This document shows positions 1-12,912 of a DNA stretch of 52,379 nt, piece after piece. Both the position numbers and the translations under genes were made by a program. The notes beneath the pieces were generated by a model. That model saw only the letters and a list, made by a program, of their open reading frames with translations, was not told the origin of the DNA and ran no database searches. The stretch is from positions 87,747,781 through 87,800,159 of the forward strand of contig NC_057718.1 in assembly GCF_004010195.1 (NCBI RefSeq), given 5' to 3'. The DNA is from Chiloscyllium plagiosum. Its lineage: Eukaryota. The first letter of the stretch is position 1; every line of letters starts with the position of its first letter.

Positions 1-696
1 AGAGACCTTGGAGTGCAAGTTCATAGCTCCTTGAAAGTGGAGTCGCAGGTAGATAGGATAGTGAAGAAGGCGTTTGGTATGCCTTTCTTTATTGGTCAGA
101 GTATTGAGTACAGGAGTTGGGAGGTCATGTTGTGGCTGTACAGGACATTGGTTAGGCCACTGTTGGAATATTGCGTACGTTTCTGGTCTCCTTCCTATCG
201 GAAAGATGTTGTGAAACTTGAAAGGTTTCAGAAAAGATTTACAAGGATGTTGCCAGGGTTGGAGGATCTGAGCTACAGGGAGTGGCTGAACAGGCTGGCG
301 TTGTTTTCCCTGGAGTGTCGGAGGCTGAGGGGTGATCTTATAGAGGTTTACAAAATTATGAGGGGCATGGATAGGATAAATAGACAAAGTCTTTTCCCTG
401 GGGTCGGGAAGTCCAGAACTAGAGGGCATAGGTTTAGGGTGAGAGGGGAATGATATAAAAGAGACCTAAGAGGCAGCTTTTTCACGCAGAGGGTGGTACG
501 TGTATGGAATGAGCTGCCAGAGGATGTGGTGGAGGCTGGTACAATTGCAACATTTAAGTGGCATTTGGATGGGTGTACGAATAGGAAGGGTTTGGAGGGA
601 TATTGACCAGGTGCTGGCAGGTGGGACTAGATTGGGTTGGGATGGACTGGTTGGACTGAAGGGTCTGTTTCCATGCTGTACATCTCTATGACTCTA
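1..696 (+). mobile_element. CR1-clade LINE (HER1-like), 3' end of ORF2 plus 3' UTR; runs off the window start
   Basis: ORF 13..453 has CR1 RT C-terminal motifs (YRTLVRPLLEYC, KLERFQKRFTRMLPGL, RRLRGDLIEVYKIM, TRGH). Ends in a CTCTATGACTCTAT tail at about 684-696. Confidence 0.93.
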
Positions 697-3600
697 TATG
701 TTAGTCCTGCCATGCTGGGAATTGACCTCGTAAACCTACACTGCACTCCCTCAATAGCCAGAATATCCTTCCTCAAATTTGGAGACGGAAACTGCACACA
801 GTACTCTAGGTGCAGTCTCACCAGGGTCCTGTACAGCTGCAGAAGGACTTCTTTGCTCCTATACCCAATTCCTCTTGTTATGAAGGCCAGCATGCTTTCT
901 TCACTGCCTGCTGTACCTGCATGCTTGCTTTCATTGACTGATGTACAAGAACACCTAGATCTCGTTGTACTTCCCCTTTACCTCACTTGACTCCATTTAG
1001 ATAGTAATCTGCCTTCCTGCTCTTGTCACCAAAGTAGATAACCACATATTTTTCCACATTAATCTGCATCTGTCGACTCACCTAGCCTATCCAAGTCACC
1101 CTGTATTCTCATAACATCCTCCTCACATTTCACCCTGTCATTCAGCTTTGTGTCATCAGCAAATTTGCCAAAATTGCTTTCAATACCTTCATGTATATAC
1201 TTAATGTATATTGTAAACAGCTGCGGTCCCAGCACCGAACCTTGTGGTACCCCATTGGTCACCTCGTGCCATTCCAAAAGGGACCCTTTTATCACTACTC
1301 TTTCCTTCCTGTCAGCCTGCCAATTTTCAATCCAAGTCAGTATTTTGCGCCCCCATACCATGTGCCCTAACTTTGCTCACTAATCTCTTAGGTGGGACTT
1401 TATCAAAGGCTTTCTGAAAGTGCAGGTACACTACATCCATGGGCTCTCCCTTGTCCATCTTCATAGTTACATTCACAAAAAATTCCAGAAGATTAGTTAA
1501 GCACAATTTCCCCTTTGTAAATCCATGCTGAATCTGACCCATCCTGTCACTGTTATCCAAATGAGTCGTCATTTCATCTTTTATAATTGACTCCAGCATC
1601 TTTCCCACCACTGATGTCAGGCTAACTGGTCTATATTTCCCTGTTTTCTCTCTCCCCTCCTTCTTGAAATATGGGACAACATTAGCCACCCTCCAATCCA
1701 CAGGAACTGATCCTGAATCGATAGAACATTGGAAAATGATTACCAATGTGTCCACGATTTCTAGAGCCACCTCCTTAAGTATCCTGGGATGCAGACCATC
1801 AGGTCCCAGGGACTTATCAGCCTTTAGTTCTGAAAATCTATCCAACACCATTTCCTGCCTAATATAAATTCCCTTCAGTTCATCCATTACCCTAGGTCCC
1901 TCAGCCACTATTACATCTGGGAAATTGCTTGTGTCTTCCCCAGTGAAGACAGATCCAAAGTATCTATTCAACTCTCCTGCCATTTCCTTTTTACCTATAA
2001 TAAATTCATCCGTTTCTGTCTTCAAGGGCCCAATTTTAGTCTTAACCATTTTTTTTTCCTTTTCACATACCTAAAAAAGCTTTTACTATCCTCCTTTATA
2101 TTTCTGGCCAGTTTGCCTTCGTACCTCATTTTTCTCTCTGCATATTGCATTTTTAATTACCCTCTGTCGCTCTTTAAAAGTTTCCCAGTACTCCGGCTTC
2201 CCGTTCATCTTTGCTATGTTATACGTCTTCTCTTTTATCTTTATACAGTCCTGAACTTCCCTCATCAGCAACGGCTGCCCCTGCCTCCCCTTAGGATCTT
2301 TCTTGCTCTTTGGAATGAACTGATCCTGTACCTTCTGCATTATACCCAGAAATACCTGCCATTGTTGTTCCACTGCCATCCATCTAGGGTATTGAACCAT
2401 TGAACTTTGGCCAGCTCCTCCCTCATAGTTCCATAGTTCCCTTTGTTCAACTGCAATACTGACACTTCCGATTCTCCCTTCTCCCTCTCAAATTGCAGAT
2501 TAAAACTTATCATATTATGGTCACTACCTCCTAATGGCTCCTTTACTTCGAGGTCCCTGATCAAATCCAGTTCATTGCACAACACCAGATCCAGAATTGC
2601 CTTCTCCCTGGTAGGCTCCAGTACAAGCTGTTCTAAGAATCCATCTTGGAGGCACTCCACAAACTCCCTTTCTTGGGATCCATCTCCCAGTCTACCTGCA
2701 GGTTGAAATCCCCCATAACAACTGTAGTAATACCTTTGTGACAGGCCAATTTCAACTCCTGATTCAACTTACACCCTACATCCAGACTACTGTTTGGAAC
2801 CTGGAGATAACTCCCATTAGGGTCTTTCTACCCTTAGAATTTCTCAGCTCTATCCATACTGACTCTACATCTCCTGATTCGATGTTCCCCCTCACAAGTG
2901 ACTGAATATCATTCCTCACCAAAAGGGCCATCCCACCCCCTCTGCCTGTCGGTCTGTCCTTTCAATGGCACGTATTGCCTTGAATATTCATTTCCCAGGC
3001 ACTGTCCACTTGAAGCCACGTCTCAGTTGGCCCCACAACATCGTACCTGTCAATTTCCAACTGAGCCTCAAGCTCATCCACCTTATTTCTTATGCTTTGT
3101 TCATTCATATATAATATTTTTAATTTGTTACTCCCCTCACCCTTCCTATCAATCCCTATTTCACTTGAATGTACTGTATGATCCCTTCTTGAGTTTACTG
3201 CTCCGTTGATTCTGTTGTCTTTCTTAACTTCTCTTATTCTCACTTTCCCTTTAACTTCCTCCTTAAATTTCCAGTTTGACCCCTCCGTCCCCACCCCCCA
3301 CCCCGTCCCCACTACTTAGTTTAAACACACCTGTATTGCAGTGGCAAGCCTGTCTGCCAGAATGCTGGTTCCCCCACCTATTAAGGTGCAACCCAGCCCT
3401 CTTGTATAATTTATTCACACCGCAAAACATATCCCAGTGATCCAAGAATTGAGATCCTTGCTTTCCGCAGCCACGCATTCAAGTCCATTATCTCCCTGTT
3501 CCTGCCCTCTGCAGCCCGAGGAACTGGAAGCAAGCCGGAGATAACCACCCTGGAAGTCCTGCTTTTCAGCTTTCTTCCGAGTTCTCTGATGTTCGCTATA

Positions 3601-3850
3601 GAATGCCCCTCCTCTTCTTTCCAATGTCATTTGTGCCGACATGCATCACCACCTCTGGCTCTTCACCTTCACCCTTGAGTATTCCCTGCACTTTGTTGGT
3701 GACGTCCTGAATCCTGGCATCAGGAAGGAAACACAGTATCCTCAAATCCTGCCTGTTGCCGCAGGAACCCCTTTCAGTCCCTCTCACTATGGAGTCCCCT
3801 ATTACCAGGGCTCTGCATGATGTCTGATTCCTCGGCTCTGCCTCCATGCT
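697..3850 (-). mobile_element. Near-complete decayed CR1 LINE (ORF1 SGNH esterase plus ORF2 APE-RT), cut at its 3' side by the + strand CR1
   Basis: Colinear frameshifted ORFs: 3596..3907 (ALVIGDSIVRG, VMHVGTNDIG), 2962..3312 (ILYMNEQSIRNK..ETWL), 2340..2660 (LDLVL..SDH), 1327..2049 ([28 protein letters not shown]), 1059..1361 ([17 protein letters not shown]), 627..893. Confidence 0.93.
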
Positions 3851-3909
3851 AATTTTCAATTGTTCCAGGATTTTTGACTCAAAATTGGTGACGGTATGAT
3901 GATACACTT

Positions 3910-4255
3910 GGAAATCAGGATGGTTTAGGACTTGAAAGGGAACCTGCAGATTGTGGTGTTGTCATGCATCTGCTTTGTCCTCCTGGGTAATGTAAGTCAC
4001 AGGATTTGAAAGAGGCTTGACAAACTATAATAGTTTGTGGTGCGTATTATTGCCACTGCACTGCTGGTGGGAGGATGCACTCAGTAGACTGCTTTTCCCT
4101 TAATGGTGTTTAGCTTCTTGAACATTGGAGCAGCACAGATCTAGGTAAGTGGAGAGTATTCCATAACAAGTATTCCATTCCCCAAAGCCTGCCCTGGAGA
4201 TGGCAGGCAGGTTTTGGGACAGACATAAGTGAGTTATTTGCTGCAGAATTCCTTC
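3910..4255 (-). mobile_element. Old LINE relic (CR1/L2 group); same family as 13262-15210, 18886-19200 and 32670-35150
   Basis: Shares diagnostic strings with the other copies (e.g. GTGAGTTA..TGCTGCAGAATTCC at about 4230 and 14684; GAGAGTATTC at about 4152 and 33070). No intact ORF. Confidence 0.5.
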
Positions 4256-5999
4256 AGAATTGTATTGAAGGTGAGAGGTCTCAAGATGATAAATGAGCTA
4301 GAGAGAGTAGGAAAGATGGTAATGGAAAAGAGAAAGGTTGAAAGTGAAGATACAATTTAGATGAGCATTTTGAAACCTTTAGAAGCATGAGCATGCGTAT
4401 AACAAGAACCAGGAACATTTAGAACTCTGGAACTTTTCATTCCAGGATACTGTGAAGACCCCTTCCTGATTTCTTTTCCCCCCAGGAACTGGCTAGGTTT
4501 TAGTCATAAACTATAGAATTGCCAAGTAAGAGATGGATGAATTGGAAACATTGATTGTGATGAATTCCTTAGCAACGTAGTGAGGGATTGTGATGAATTA
4601 CAATATTTAATTTGTAAAACAGAAAATCTTGAATTATAAAAGTTTTCTTGTAAAGAGAAAAAGAATGACAGGTTTCTGATTAGGACCAAGAGCACTGGAA
4701 AATAAATGTCTTCAGATTAGGCTAAAAGAATAAGGGCAATCATATAAATATTCCAAGCAAGTTGGTAGGTTGAATAACCTCCAAATCATTAGAAAAACAC
4801 CAGACTGAAATTGAGTAGGAACCAGGACAAAAGGTGTTGGAGGCAATTGGCAGGAAGGAGAGCACAAAATTGACTCAAAGAAATTTGGATATCCAATTAT
4901 CTGTCTAGATTTAATATAACTTCTACATTAGTATTCTCTACCTTAATTTCTACACTTTAATATAGGCCCTCCTACTTGTTAAGTTCTTTGCATTTGCACC
5001 CCTGAATTTTAAGTTCTTTTCAAGTTTTACAGTTAGTATGTGTCTACTGTCTTTGCAGAATAAAAATATATATGTTCACAAATCTCTGCAATACTTTCCA
5101 TATAATACCTAACTCTATTCTTCTCCAGCCATCATCTGTACAGCTAACTGCACTGCCTGTTTTTGGTTTCATCTGCCTGTTGACTTTACGTTTCCTACAA
5201 CTGCACCATACTCGTTTGTTCATTTATTTAAAAGGACATTACATTACAGTTCCTATCGATTACAGTTGGTACATTGGTATGAGCAGGATTTAACCATTCT
5301 ACATGCTGATCACCATAAACTGGCAGTGTTAAGCACAGCTGCCTGAACCACAATCTGAACTAACCTCTAAATTTACAGACTGTATGCCTGACCAAGGTCT
5401 GGCTGACTTTCAGTCCCTCTCACTTTGTTGGCTCACATGGGAAGCATTGTTCAATAAGGAATACTTCATAATTTGAATCACACAGGGCAGGGCAGGGGCA
5501 GAGGAACGAAATTACATTATTAGCAGCCATCAGATTAGAAACCTCCATCAGTGGAGGTTTCTTACGATTTTTTGGGCTAATTCAATTTCTAAGATACTTC
5601 AAGTCTGAAATGCTTGCCTCTGTTTTATAGATAAATCTATTTTAAAATTGGAAAAAAATGACATTTCAATGTATAATTCATGTGTTCAACATCTCAAACA
5701 GTTGTTTTCACTCCAAATATAAACAGAAACTAAGACATAACAAGCAACTTAGAAACTTTAACTATTTGCACGAATACCAGTTTAATTGCTGATTTGTATT
5801 TTAATTAAGATACACAACTGTCTGTTTTAAACGTGAACATTGGAAGTAATAGAGCTTGAAACATAGAGAGGGAAGTGCCATGATCCCAAAAGTGACGCCA
5901 CTGTTTATAAGCACCCTTCTTTGGTTATAGCTACATTTCTCTGCTTCAGTTCTTCAGCTGACTTCTAATCTGTGACACTAAATTCCCATTAATGCAAAC

Positions 6000-6175
6000 C
6001 AACATTATATATTTCATTTATATAACAACCTTTAACATGGTAAAAATTTCTCAAGGAGAGTTATCACAAAATTGTCAAATTATCAATCAAGCAACATAAG
6101 ACAGGGAAATTGTTAGTTATGAGGATGTTTCAAAGGAACAGAGAGGCAGAGGCTTGGGGAAAGGATTCCTAGGTG
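6000..6175 (-). mobile_element. L2 LINE 3' end relic
   Basis: Resembles the reverse complement of the L2-type 3' terminus seen on + at about 31390-31425 (GTTAAAGG..TA.ATAAATG). Degenerate. Confidence 0.45.
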
Positions 6176-6348
6176 TTATTATTTGCAGAGGTAATGTGCC
6201 AGAATTCGAGTCTCAGTATTTCCAGATTTGTCACGAAAGTTGAAGCTTTGTAAAGTATGCAAAGTTCCTGTGGTTACCTCACTTTCAGACCTATTTTGAT
6301 AGAAGGCACGGACCAAGTTTCTTTACTGAACAAGAATGACTATTACAA

Positions 6349-6478
6349 GTCTCTCTCTTTCTCTCTTCCATCCCTCTCTTTCTCTATCCCTCCCAAACCT
6401 CCCTCTCTATCCCTCCGAAACCTTCCTCTCTCTCTGTCACTCCCATCCCCTCCCTCCCTCTCTCTCCCCTCCCCTCCT
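6349..6478. repeat. CT-rich low-complexity/microsatellite tract
   Basis: Almost pure pyrimidine (CT)n/(CCCT)n run. Confidence 0.85.
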
Positions 6479-6619
6479 GCAACTCAAACTTCGATTACTG
6501 CTTGGTCACGCATTTTTACTTTTTATTTTTTACACAGTGGCTAGTGTAGATGCCAAATTACTTACTTTCAAATGTAAGCTGTCCTTATAAGCTCCGGTTT
6601 TAAAACAGCTCTTTCTAAT

Positions 6620-7430
6620 TTTACTCAATAAATAAAAAGATGTTGTTCTCATGAAAGCCTGGGGATTTGATCACTGAAGGGTCCACCACCTTCTGACACA
6701 GTTACAAAGTTTCTCAATCCTTGGAGAAAACAAATCTCAATTCTGTCCTGAAAGATTACCCTGCTTTTAAACCTGAGCCACTTAGTTCTGGATAGACCTA
6801 CAAGTGGAAACATAATTTCTATGTCCTCCTGTGAAGACCATTCAGGATCTGATTCACATAACTCAAATCGCCCATAATTCTTCTAAACTTCAATGGTATC
6901 ATCCCTGAATTTAACGATTGTGACTTTGCTTCCCTAATTTAATTTATTTATTTAACTTGTAAAAAGTTGAGACCCCTACAGGACTCTGCTTGCCACATCC
7001 TACCAATCCAGTAATTACCCATTTTGTGCATACCGTCTGCTTTCTACCAGCTAATCAATCTTCTGACCATCCTCATGTTATCCCTTACACTTGACCTTTT
7101 CTTTTCCGCAATAGCCTTTGACATGGCACCTTATCAAATGTCTTCTAGAAACCATGTATAGTATATCTATAGGTTCTCCTTTATCCATAGCAAAGAACTC
7201 CAATAAATTCAGCAAACATGATTTGACAAAACTACACTGACACTTTGATTACCTTGGGTTTTTCCCAATCATTCATTTCTCTTTAATCTCTTTAATGATT
7301 GATTCTAACACATCCCTGACAGATGTTTAGCTAAATTAATAATTTCCTGTGTTTGGCCTCCAAACCTTGAATGGAGGTGTTATATTTGTTAGTTTCCAGT
7401 CTGCTACAACCTTTCCTAAATCTAGAAACT
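6620..7430 (-). mobile_element. Old CR1 ORF2 fragments
   Basis: Antisense remnants of KAFDKVP (GGCACCTTATCAAATG at about 7125) and WKLTNITPPF..GNY (ORF 7336..7524). Confidence 0.55.
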
Positions 7431-7699
7431 GTAATCCTAGATTTATGTGCTCACATCTCTGTTGAGGCACACAAACACTCAACTTTGTGGCTGAGAGTTG
7501 TACCAATTGATCTGCAGCTGGCATTGTAGTGCTAGCTCAGAGAGTCTTAACAAATATCATGACATTTCAACTCTGAATAGCATCGTGACTCCATTGCACA
7601 GCTCGACAATTCTTTTGGTAGGGCAGTATCATATTGTAGATTAGTATTTATAGAACAAAAATCAGATTAGTTTGCCCAGTGGTGCTCAGCACAGGTTTA

Positions 7700-7830
7700 T
7701 TCTTCTGAGGAAGGGTCACTGAGGCATTAACTCTGCTTTCTCTGCACAGGTGCTGCCAAACCTGCTGAGCTTTTCCAACAATTTCTGTTTTTTGTTTCTG
7801 GTTTCCAGCATCTGCAGTTCTTTTAGTTTT
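7700..7830 (+). mobile_element. Short Penelope-derived repeat (family B), hammerhead partly deleted
   Basis: TTCTGAGGAAGGGTCACTG..CATTAACTCTGC..TGCTGCC..CCTGCTGAG aligns with 26040-26135 but lacks GACCCGAAA. Confidence 0.65.
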
Positions 7831-8335
7831 TACAAAGTTGTCCATCTCATTCCCATCGAATATCCTTTATTTCTGTCTTGTGTGTTTATCTGGCATCCCT
7901 TAAATGATAGTTACCCTGCCTCTTTATGACTTTAATCAGTCTTTGGGCAAAGAAGGTTTTTGTGAATTTCCCATTGAATGACCATCTTACACTGTCCGCA
8001 TAAGTGTGTGTGTCTCTTAATGTAAATAGGAAACAGCAATTCTCTTGGCATTGATGCTTGGGAAACAAGATTTCCAATCTTATCAGTATGAGTAAATATC
8101 ATTAAACAGTACTGTTTGTTTTTTGTACCCAGTTTGCTATCCTTCTATTTGGTTGCCTGATTCAACTCAGTCTTGCCTTACCCAAGGTCTTTTAAAAATT
8201 CAATATATTATGCTTACTACATTGCCCTAAAATGCCTATTTTGTTCATTCTTCAAATAATTCAGTAAGGTTATCTTCACAGTGGCTCATGAACAGTAAAT
8301 TGATATAGCTCATTTAATCCCCTTTTACTCTTTTG

Positions 8336-8466
8336 TATTTTTTAATCTATTTTCTAATCAACCTGTTCAGAAATGCTATTACACAACTGTGGAACAGATA
8401 GGGCTTGAACCTGGGCAACCTGGCTCAAGATTAAGGGAACAATCAATGCACATCAAGAGTGTCTCT
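8336..8466 (-). mobile_element. Short tRNA-derived SINE with 13-bp TSD
   Basis: B-box-like GGTTCAAGCCC on the - strand (8401-8411). Direct repeat TTTTACTCTTTTG at 8323-8335 and 8467-8479. Confidence 0.65.
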
Positions 8467-9302
8467 TTTTACTCTTTTGAATATTTTAATTTAAAAGAAC
8501 CAGCTGCATAGCATTATGCTTTAAACACAGCATAAATTAATTATGCGACTGTCGCTGAAAGTCACTAGTTTAAAAAAAAGATACTGTTATTTGTTAAAAA
8601 TAAAGATAAAAAGATTAAAATTTGATAGGAACAAAAAACAGTTAATAAAGATGAAATTAGGATCAGTCTTTGTTATTGTTGCAGGCTTCGATTGCTTGAA
8701 AGGTTTTTTTTGTCCAAAGATGAAGGGTTTGAAAATTTGAAGTCAGCAGCTGCAATGGCTTCTGTGGTTGAATAGTTGGCGATCCTCCTAAGGGTGGACT
8801 GAGTAGGACCGTTCTGGAGGGAGTAAAGGCTCCTCTATTTTACTTTTGTGTCACTGCAGGTTATGGCCCTTGGTAGCCTGTTAAGCACTGCAGTCCTTTC
8901 GCTGGTTTACTTTCCTCTATCTTCTTTTGAGAACACTTCTCTTCAGTGGTGTCACTGCAAATTCGTCTTGGAATTCTGTCCACACTGGTAGCTCTCAGTC
9001 TCTCTCATCACAACCAGAGCAAAAATGGCTGCCACGTTAATATTGAGTCTCATTTTTTCACCAGGCAAAAAAGGGTAGTTACTCTGGGATGTCTTGGAGT
9101 GCTCTTCCAATCTTGTGTTCTTCCAGAAATTTTGAATTCTTATTCCTTTAGAAGAACTCATTGTATTGTCCAAGTGTTGATCCAGTTCTCAATGTCTCCT
9201 CGGCAGTTGATATGGAGATTACATATCAGTCTGTCTGCTTTTGGCAGTCATGAATCAACAGAAGCAGCCAAATGACTTCTGGGAGCCATCTTGTAAGATT
9301 CT

Positions 9303-9512
9303 CAAACAGCAATTGCTGGCAAAACTCAGCATGTCTGGCAGCATCTATGGGGCGAAAGCAGAGTAAATGTTTCTGGTCCGTGACCTTTCTTCACAAGAAT
9401 TCTGGTGAATAGTCACCTGATTCAAAACTCTGCTCTCTCCCCACAGATGCTGCCAGATCTTCTGAGTTGCACCAGCAATTCTCCAGCATCCGTACTTCTT
9501 TGTTTTATATTA
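9303..9512. mobile_element. Inverted (head-to-head) pair of family B Penelope-derived repeats
   Basis: Arms at about 9311-9396 and 9403-9480 are reverse complements around GAATTC. TSD TT(G/A)TAAGATTCT at 9291-9302 and 9513-9524. Confidence 0.7.
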
Positions 9513-9690
9513 TTATAAGATTCTGAGTGCATTTTCAGTGGCATTGCTACTTTATTTAACTACGCTGTTAATTTACATCATACCTTTTAAAAAAATGCTT
9601 CTGGTTGCAGATGAACTGGCATATTGGAGCCAGGGGTATTGTCTCAGCATTGTTGGGATGGTGTTAGGGTTAAGGAAGGACAAGAGAGTA

Positions 9691-9778
9691 CTGAAAACAA
9701 CAAATGCTGGAGATCACAGCAGGTCAGATAGCATTGTTTTCATTACAGATACCACCATCTGCAGTAATTTGCTCCTAC
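9691..9778. mobile_element. Internally deleted inverted Penelope-derived repeat
   Basis: AATGCTGGAGATCACAGCAGGTCAG..CATCTGCAGT matches the other copies. TSD AAGGA(C/T)AAGAGAGTA at 9676-9690 and 9779-9793. Confidence 0.6.
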
Positions 9779-10039
9779 AAGGATAAGAGAGTAATAAGAG
9801 TGCTCTGGATGTCATGTATTAGGGCACTGGGAGGTGGTTGTTCAACCATGTGAGAATGGTCACAACATAGATATGACGGAGGTCAGAGTTTAAGAGCTTG
9901 AGGTGTTTGGGACAGGAAGGATGGTGAAAGGTAATGGGATTTCTAGATCTGGATGTTCAGATAAAGAAAGCCCAAAGATGGTAGCAGTGGAAAAAGGAAT
10001 ATAATTTGAATTTAAAGAACACATTTTAAAATCTTTGAA

Positions 10040-10250
10040 TACTTCAAAAGCAATCAAGTGCAGTCATTCTTATAATATAGGAAATAAGGCAGCCAACACT
10101 GTAACAGCCAGATTTCAAAAAGAACAATTTACTCACCAGATAATCTGTTGTAATCATGCTGTTTTGAGGGCTAAATATGATCTAAGATGCCAGGATTGCT
10201 CCTCTGCTTTGCTTGTGCCATGGGATCTTGTACATTCATGTAATTGGGCA
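10040..10250 (-). mobile_element. DeuSINE (SacSINE1-like) fragment
   Basis: - strand reads AAGATCCCATGGCAC..AGCAGAGGAG..CCTGGCA..ATATTTAGCCCTCAA..CAGATTATCTGGT..TTGGCTGCC, matching the Deu-domain consensus as I recall it. Confidence 0.55.
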
Positions 10251-10580
10251 GGTATAACTCCTGTTGGTGATACAATTTGCAGTTATTTTGCATTTCCTGA
10301 AACTCCTTTTCAATAATCTTCATTGATCAAAATGCTGAGTCTTTTAATTATTTGTCCTCATTGAATTAGCCTTTTTCTTTTCCCTTCCTCATGACATTAC
10401 TTGACTGCTGACAGAGTGGTGCTTTATGGGGAGTCATATTTCATTGTTTCAACATGACATGGGATATCCTCAATGGTCTTTCTCTGTCTTTTAAATATAG
10501 TTTTGTTTCTTTACCTATTTCCTGAGCTTGTGCAGATCTTAAACATTTCAATTATTAATCATTTCTATTTGCCTCAAATA

Positions 10581-11560
10581 AAGAACAAAGAACATTTACA
10601 GCCCAGAAACAGGCCCTTCAGCCCTCCAAGCCTAGAGCGAACTATACTGTAAATGGAAGAGTCTTGGGAAAAATTGATGAGCAGAGAGATCTGGGTATTC
10701 AGGTCCATTGTACCCTGAAGGTGACTGCACAGGTGGATAGAGTGGTCAAGAAGGCATGTGGTATGCTTGCCTTCATCGGATTGGGTATTGAGTATAAGAG
10801 CTGGCAGGTCATGTTAAAATCGTACAAGACTTTGGTTCGGCCGCATTTAGAACGTTCTGCAGCCGATCGGTGGCATCCCTGACCTGAGCACCTGGGAGGC
10901 AACATGCCATCCGGGAGTCTTGTTTTCCAGTCACAGAACCCGATTACCTACTCCCCTTAGAATAGAATCTCCTATGACTATGGCCCTATGAGTCTTTGTC
11001 CCACCCTTCTGAACAGTAGAGCTCGCCATGGTGCCATGATCCTGGCAACTGCTGTCCTCCACTGATGAGCCATCTCCCCCAACAGTATCCAAAATGGTGT
11101 ACCTGTTTTGGAGGGAGATGACCGCAGGGGACACCTGCACTGCCTTCCTACTCTTTCTCTGCCTTTTGGTCACCCATTCACTGTCTCCCTCAGCAATTCT
11201 AATCTGCGGTGTGACTAATTCACTAAACGTGCTATCCACGACCTCCTCAGCATCGCAGATGCTCCATAGTGAGTCCATCATAGTTCCAGAGCCGTCATAC
11301 GGTCAAACAAGAGCTGCAATTGGACACACTTCTTGCAAATGTAAGAGTCAGGGACATCAGCCACGTCTCTGAGCTCCCACATCAAGCAAGAGGCACATCC
11401 CACAGATCTGAGGTCCCCTGACATTGTAAGCCTTAGCTTTAACTCAACTAACTAAAACCAAACAATGCACTTAAATATATAAAAGAAAAGAAAAAACTTT
11501 ACTGTACAGAATCCTTCTGGTTAGAGGAGGCGGTGGGAGGGAGATAGTATCTCGGGTTTA
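10581..11560 (-). mobile_element. Rearranged CR1: 3' tail (-), inverted RT segment (+), 5' ORF1 (-)
   Basis: 10581-10640 is the antisense CR1 3' tail. 10641-10852 on + encodes YTVNG..QRDLGIQVH..YKTLVRPHLE. 10853-11424 on - encodes ORF1 from ATG at 11424 (MSGDLRSVGCASC..CKKC zinc finger, NRY, AIVIGDSILRG). Confidence 0.8.
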
Positions 11561-12054
11561 GCTGCGCAAAATTCAGGACTGTAGTAAGTTCAGTATTGAT
11601 GAGAAGATGGAACTTGCAATGACATGAAATAGATACTGGAATAAATAAATGTAAGGAAAGTTCAATAAATATGAGAAAGAAAGGATCGGGAAGATATAAT
11701 TATGTTAGGTTAAATAAGACGGAATGAAGCTTGTGTGGAATTTGATCATGAGCCCAAACCTGTTGAACAAATGGCCTGTTTCTCTGTACAACCCTATGTA
11801 ACATAGCTCCATCAAATCATTCCTGTTCATTGTTTTGGAAAGTGGTTACTTCAGATTGAAGCTTGCTTTCATTTATTGCTGGATTTCAACCTATGCTTTG
11901 GTGGCAGCATTTTCCTCAGCTACATAATAATTGGATTTTGCGCATACCTTTCTTGAGCATTTCTTCACTTCTCTATTAAAAAGTATGCTGGATTTCATTT
12001 CCACCGCTATTACTGGTAGGGTATTCCTTTCCTAACAACGTTTGCATGACAGAT

Positions 12055-12875
12055 TTGTCACGGCACGGAAGGAGGCCATTCAGCCTATCACCTGCACTGG
12101 TTCTATTACCTAGTGCCAAATGTATGCTTTTCTCCATACTCTACACATTATTTATACTCAAATAATCATTCAATGCCTCTTGAATGCCTCAATCGAACCT
12201 GCCTCCAGCATATTTCCAGGCAGTGCATTCCATACCCTAACTATTTGTGCGAAAAAGTTATTTTCTCATATCACTTTTCATTCGTTCGCACATCGCATTA
12301 AATCTATGTCTTTTGTTCCTTTTTTCTTGTGTGAGCAGGAACAGTTCTCCCTTATCTGCTCTATCTAGCCCATTCATGGTTTCGAAAACCTCTATCAAAT
12401 CTCTTCTCAGCCTTCTTTTCAAGGAGAGCAGTCCCAACTTCACTCTATTTTCATACCTGAAGTTTCTCTTTCCTGGAACCATTCTTATAAATCACTTCTG
12501 CAGTCTCTCTAATGCATTCACTTCTTTTTTGTAATGTGGCATTTGCGACTTGTCCACATTATTTCAGCTGAGATCTTAACAAGTGTCTTGTACAAGTTCA
12601 ATATTATCTCCTTGCTCTTGTACTCTGTTTTATCAATAAGCCAAGAAGATTGTATGTTTTATGAAATGCTCTCTCCACTTGTCCTGCTGTCTCTGCACAT
12701 ATACACGCAGGTCTCTCTGCTTCTGATATTTCTGTAGAAAAGTACCCCCTATATTATATTGTCTTTCAATGTTCTTCTGACAAACGTGCATCACCTCCCA
12801 CTTCTCTACATTGAACCTCATCTGCCAGCCATTCGCACGCTCCACCAACTTGTCATTGTTGTTTTGGAGTTCTAT
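12055..12875 (-). mobile_element. Older CR1 3' fragment
   Basis: ORFs 12258..12482 (KRRLRRDLIEVF) and 12633..12908 (WQMRFNVEKWEVMH). Confidence 0.75.
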
Positions 12876-12912
12876 ACGATCCATTAAAAAACCATCTGAT
12901 TTCCTCATTTTT

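Noticed and set aside
3596..3907. Host GDSL/SGNH esterase gene (also 10931-11281 and 40352-40735)
   Set aside because: These are frameshifted CR1 ORF1 esterase domains colinear with CR1 sequence.
6257..6590. Ser/Pro/Leu-rich ORFs
   Set aside because: Translations of a CT microsatellite.
8946..9275. 109-aa ORF with signal-peptide-like start
   Set aside because: No recognisable homology or exon context; consistent with a chance ORF.
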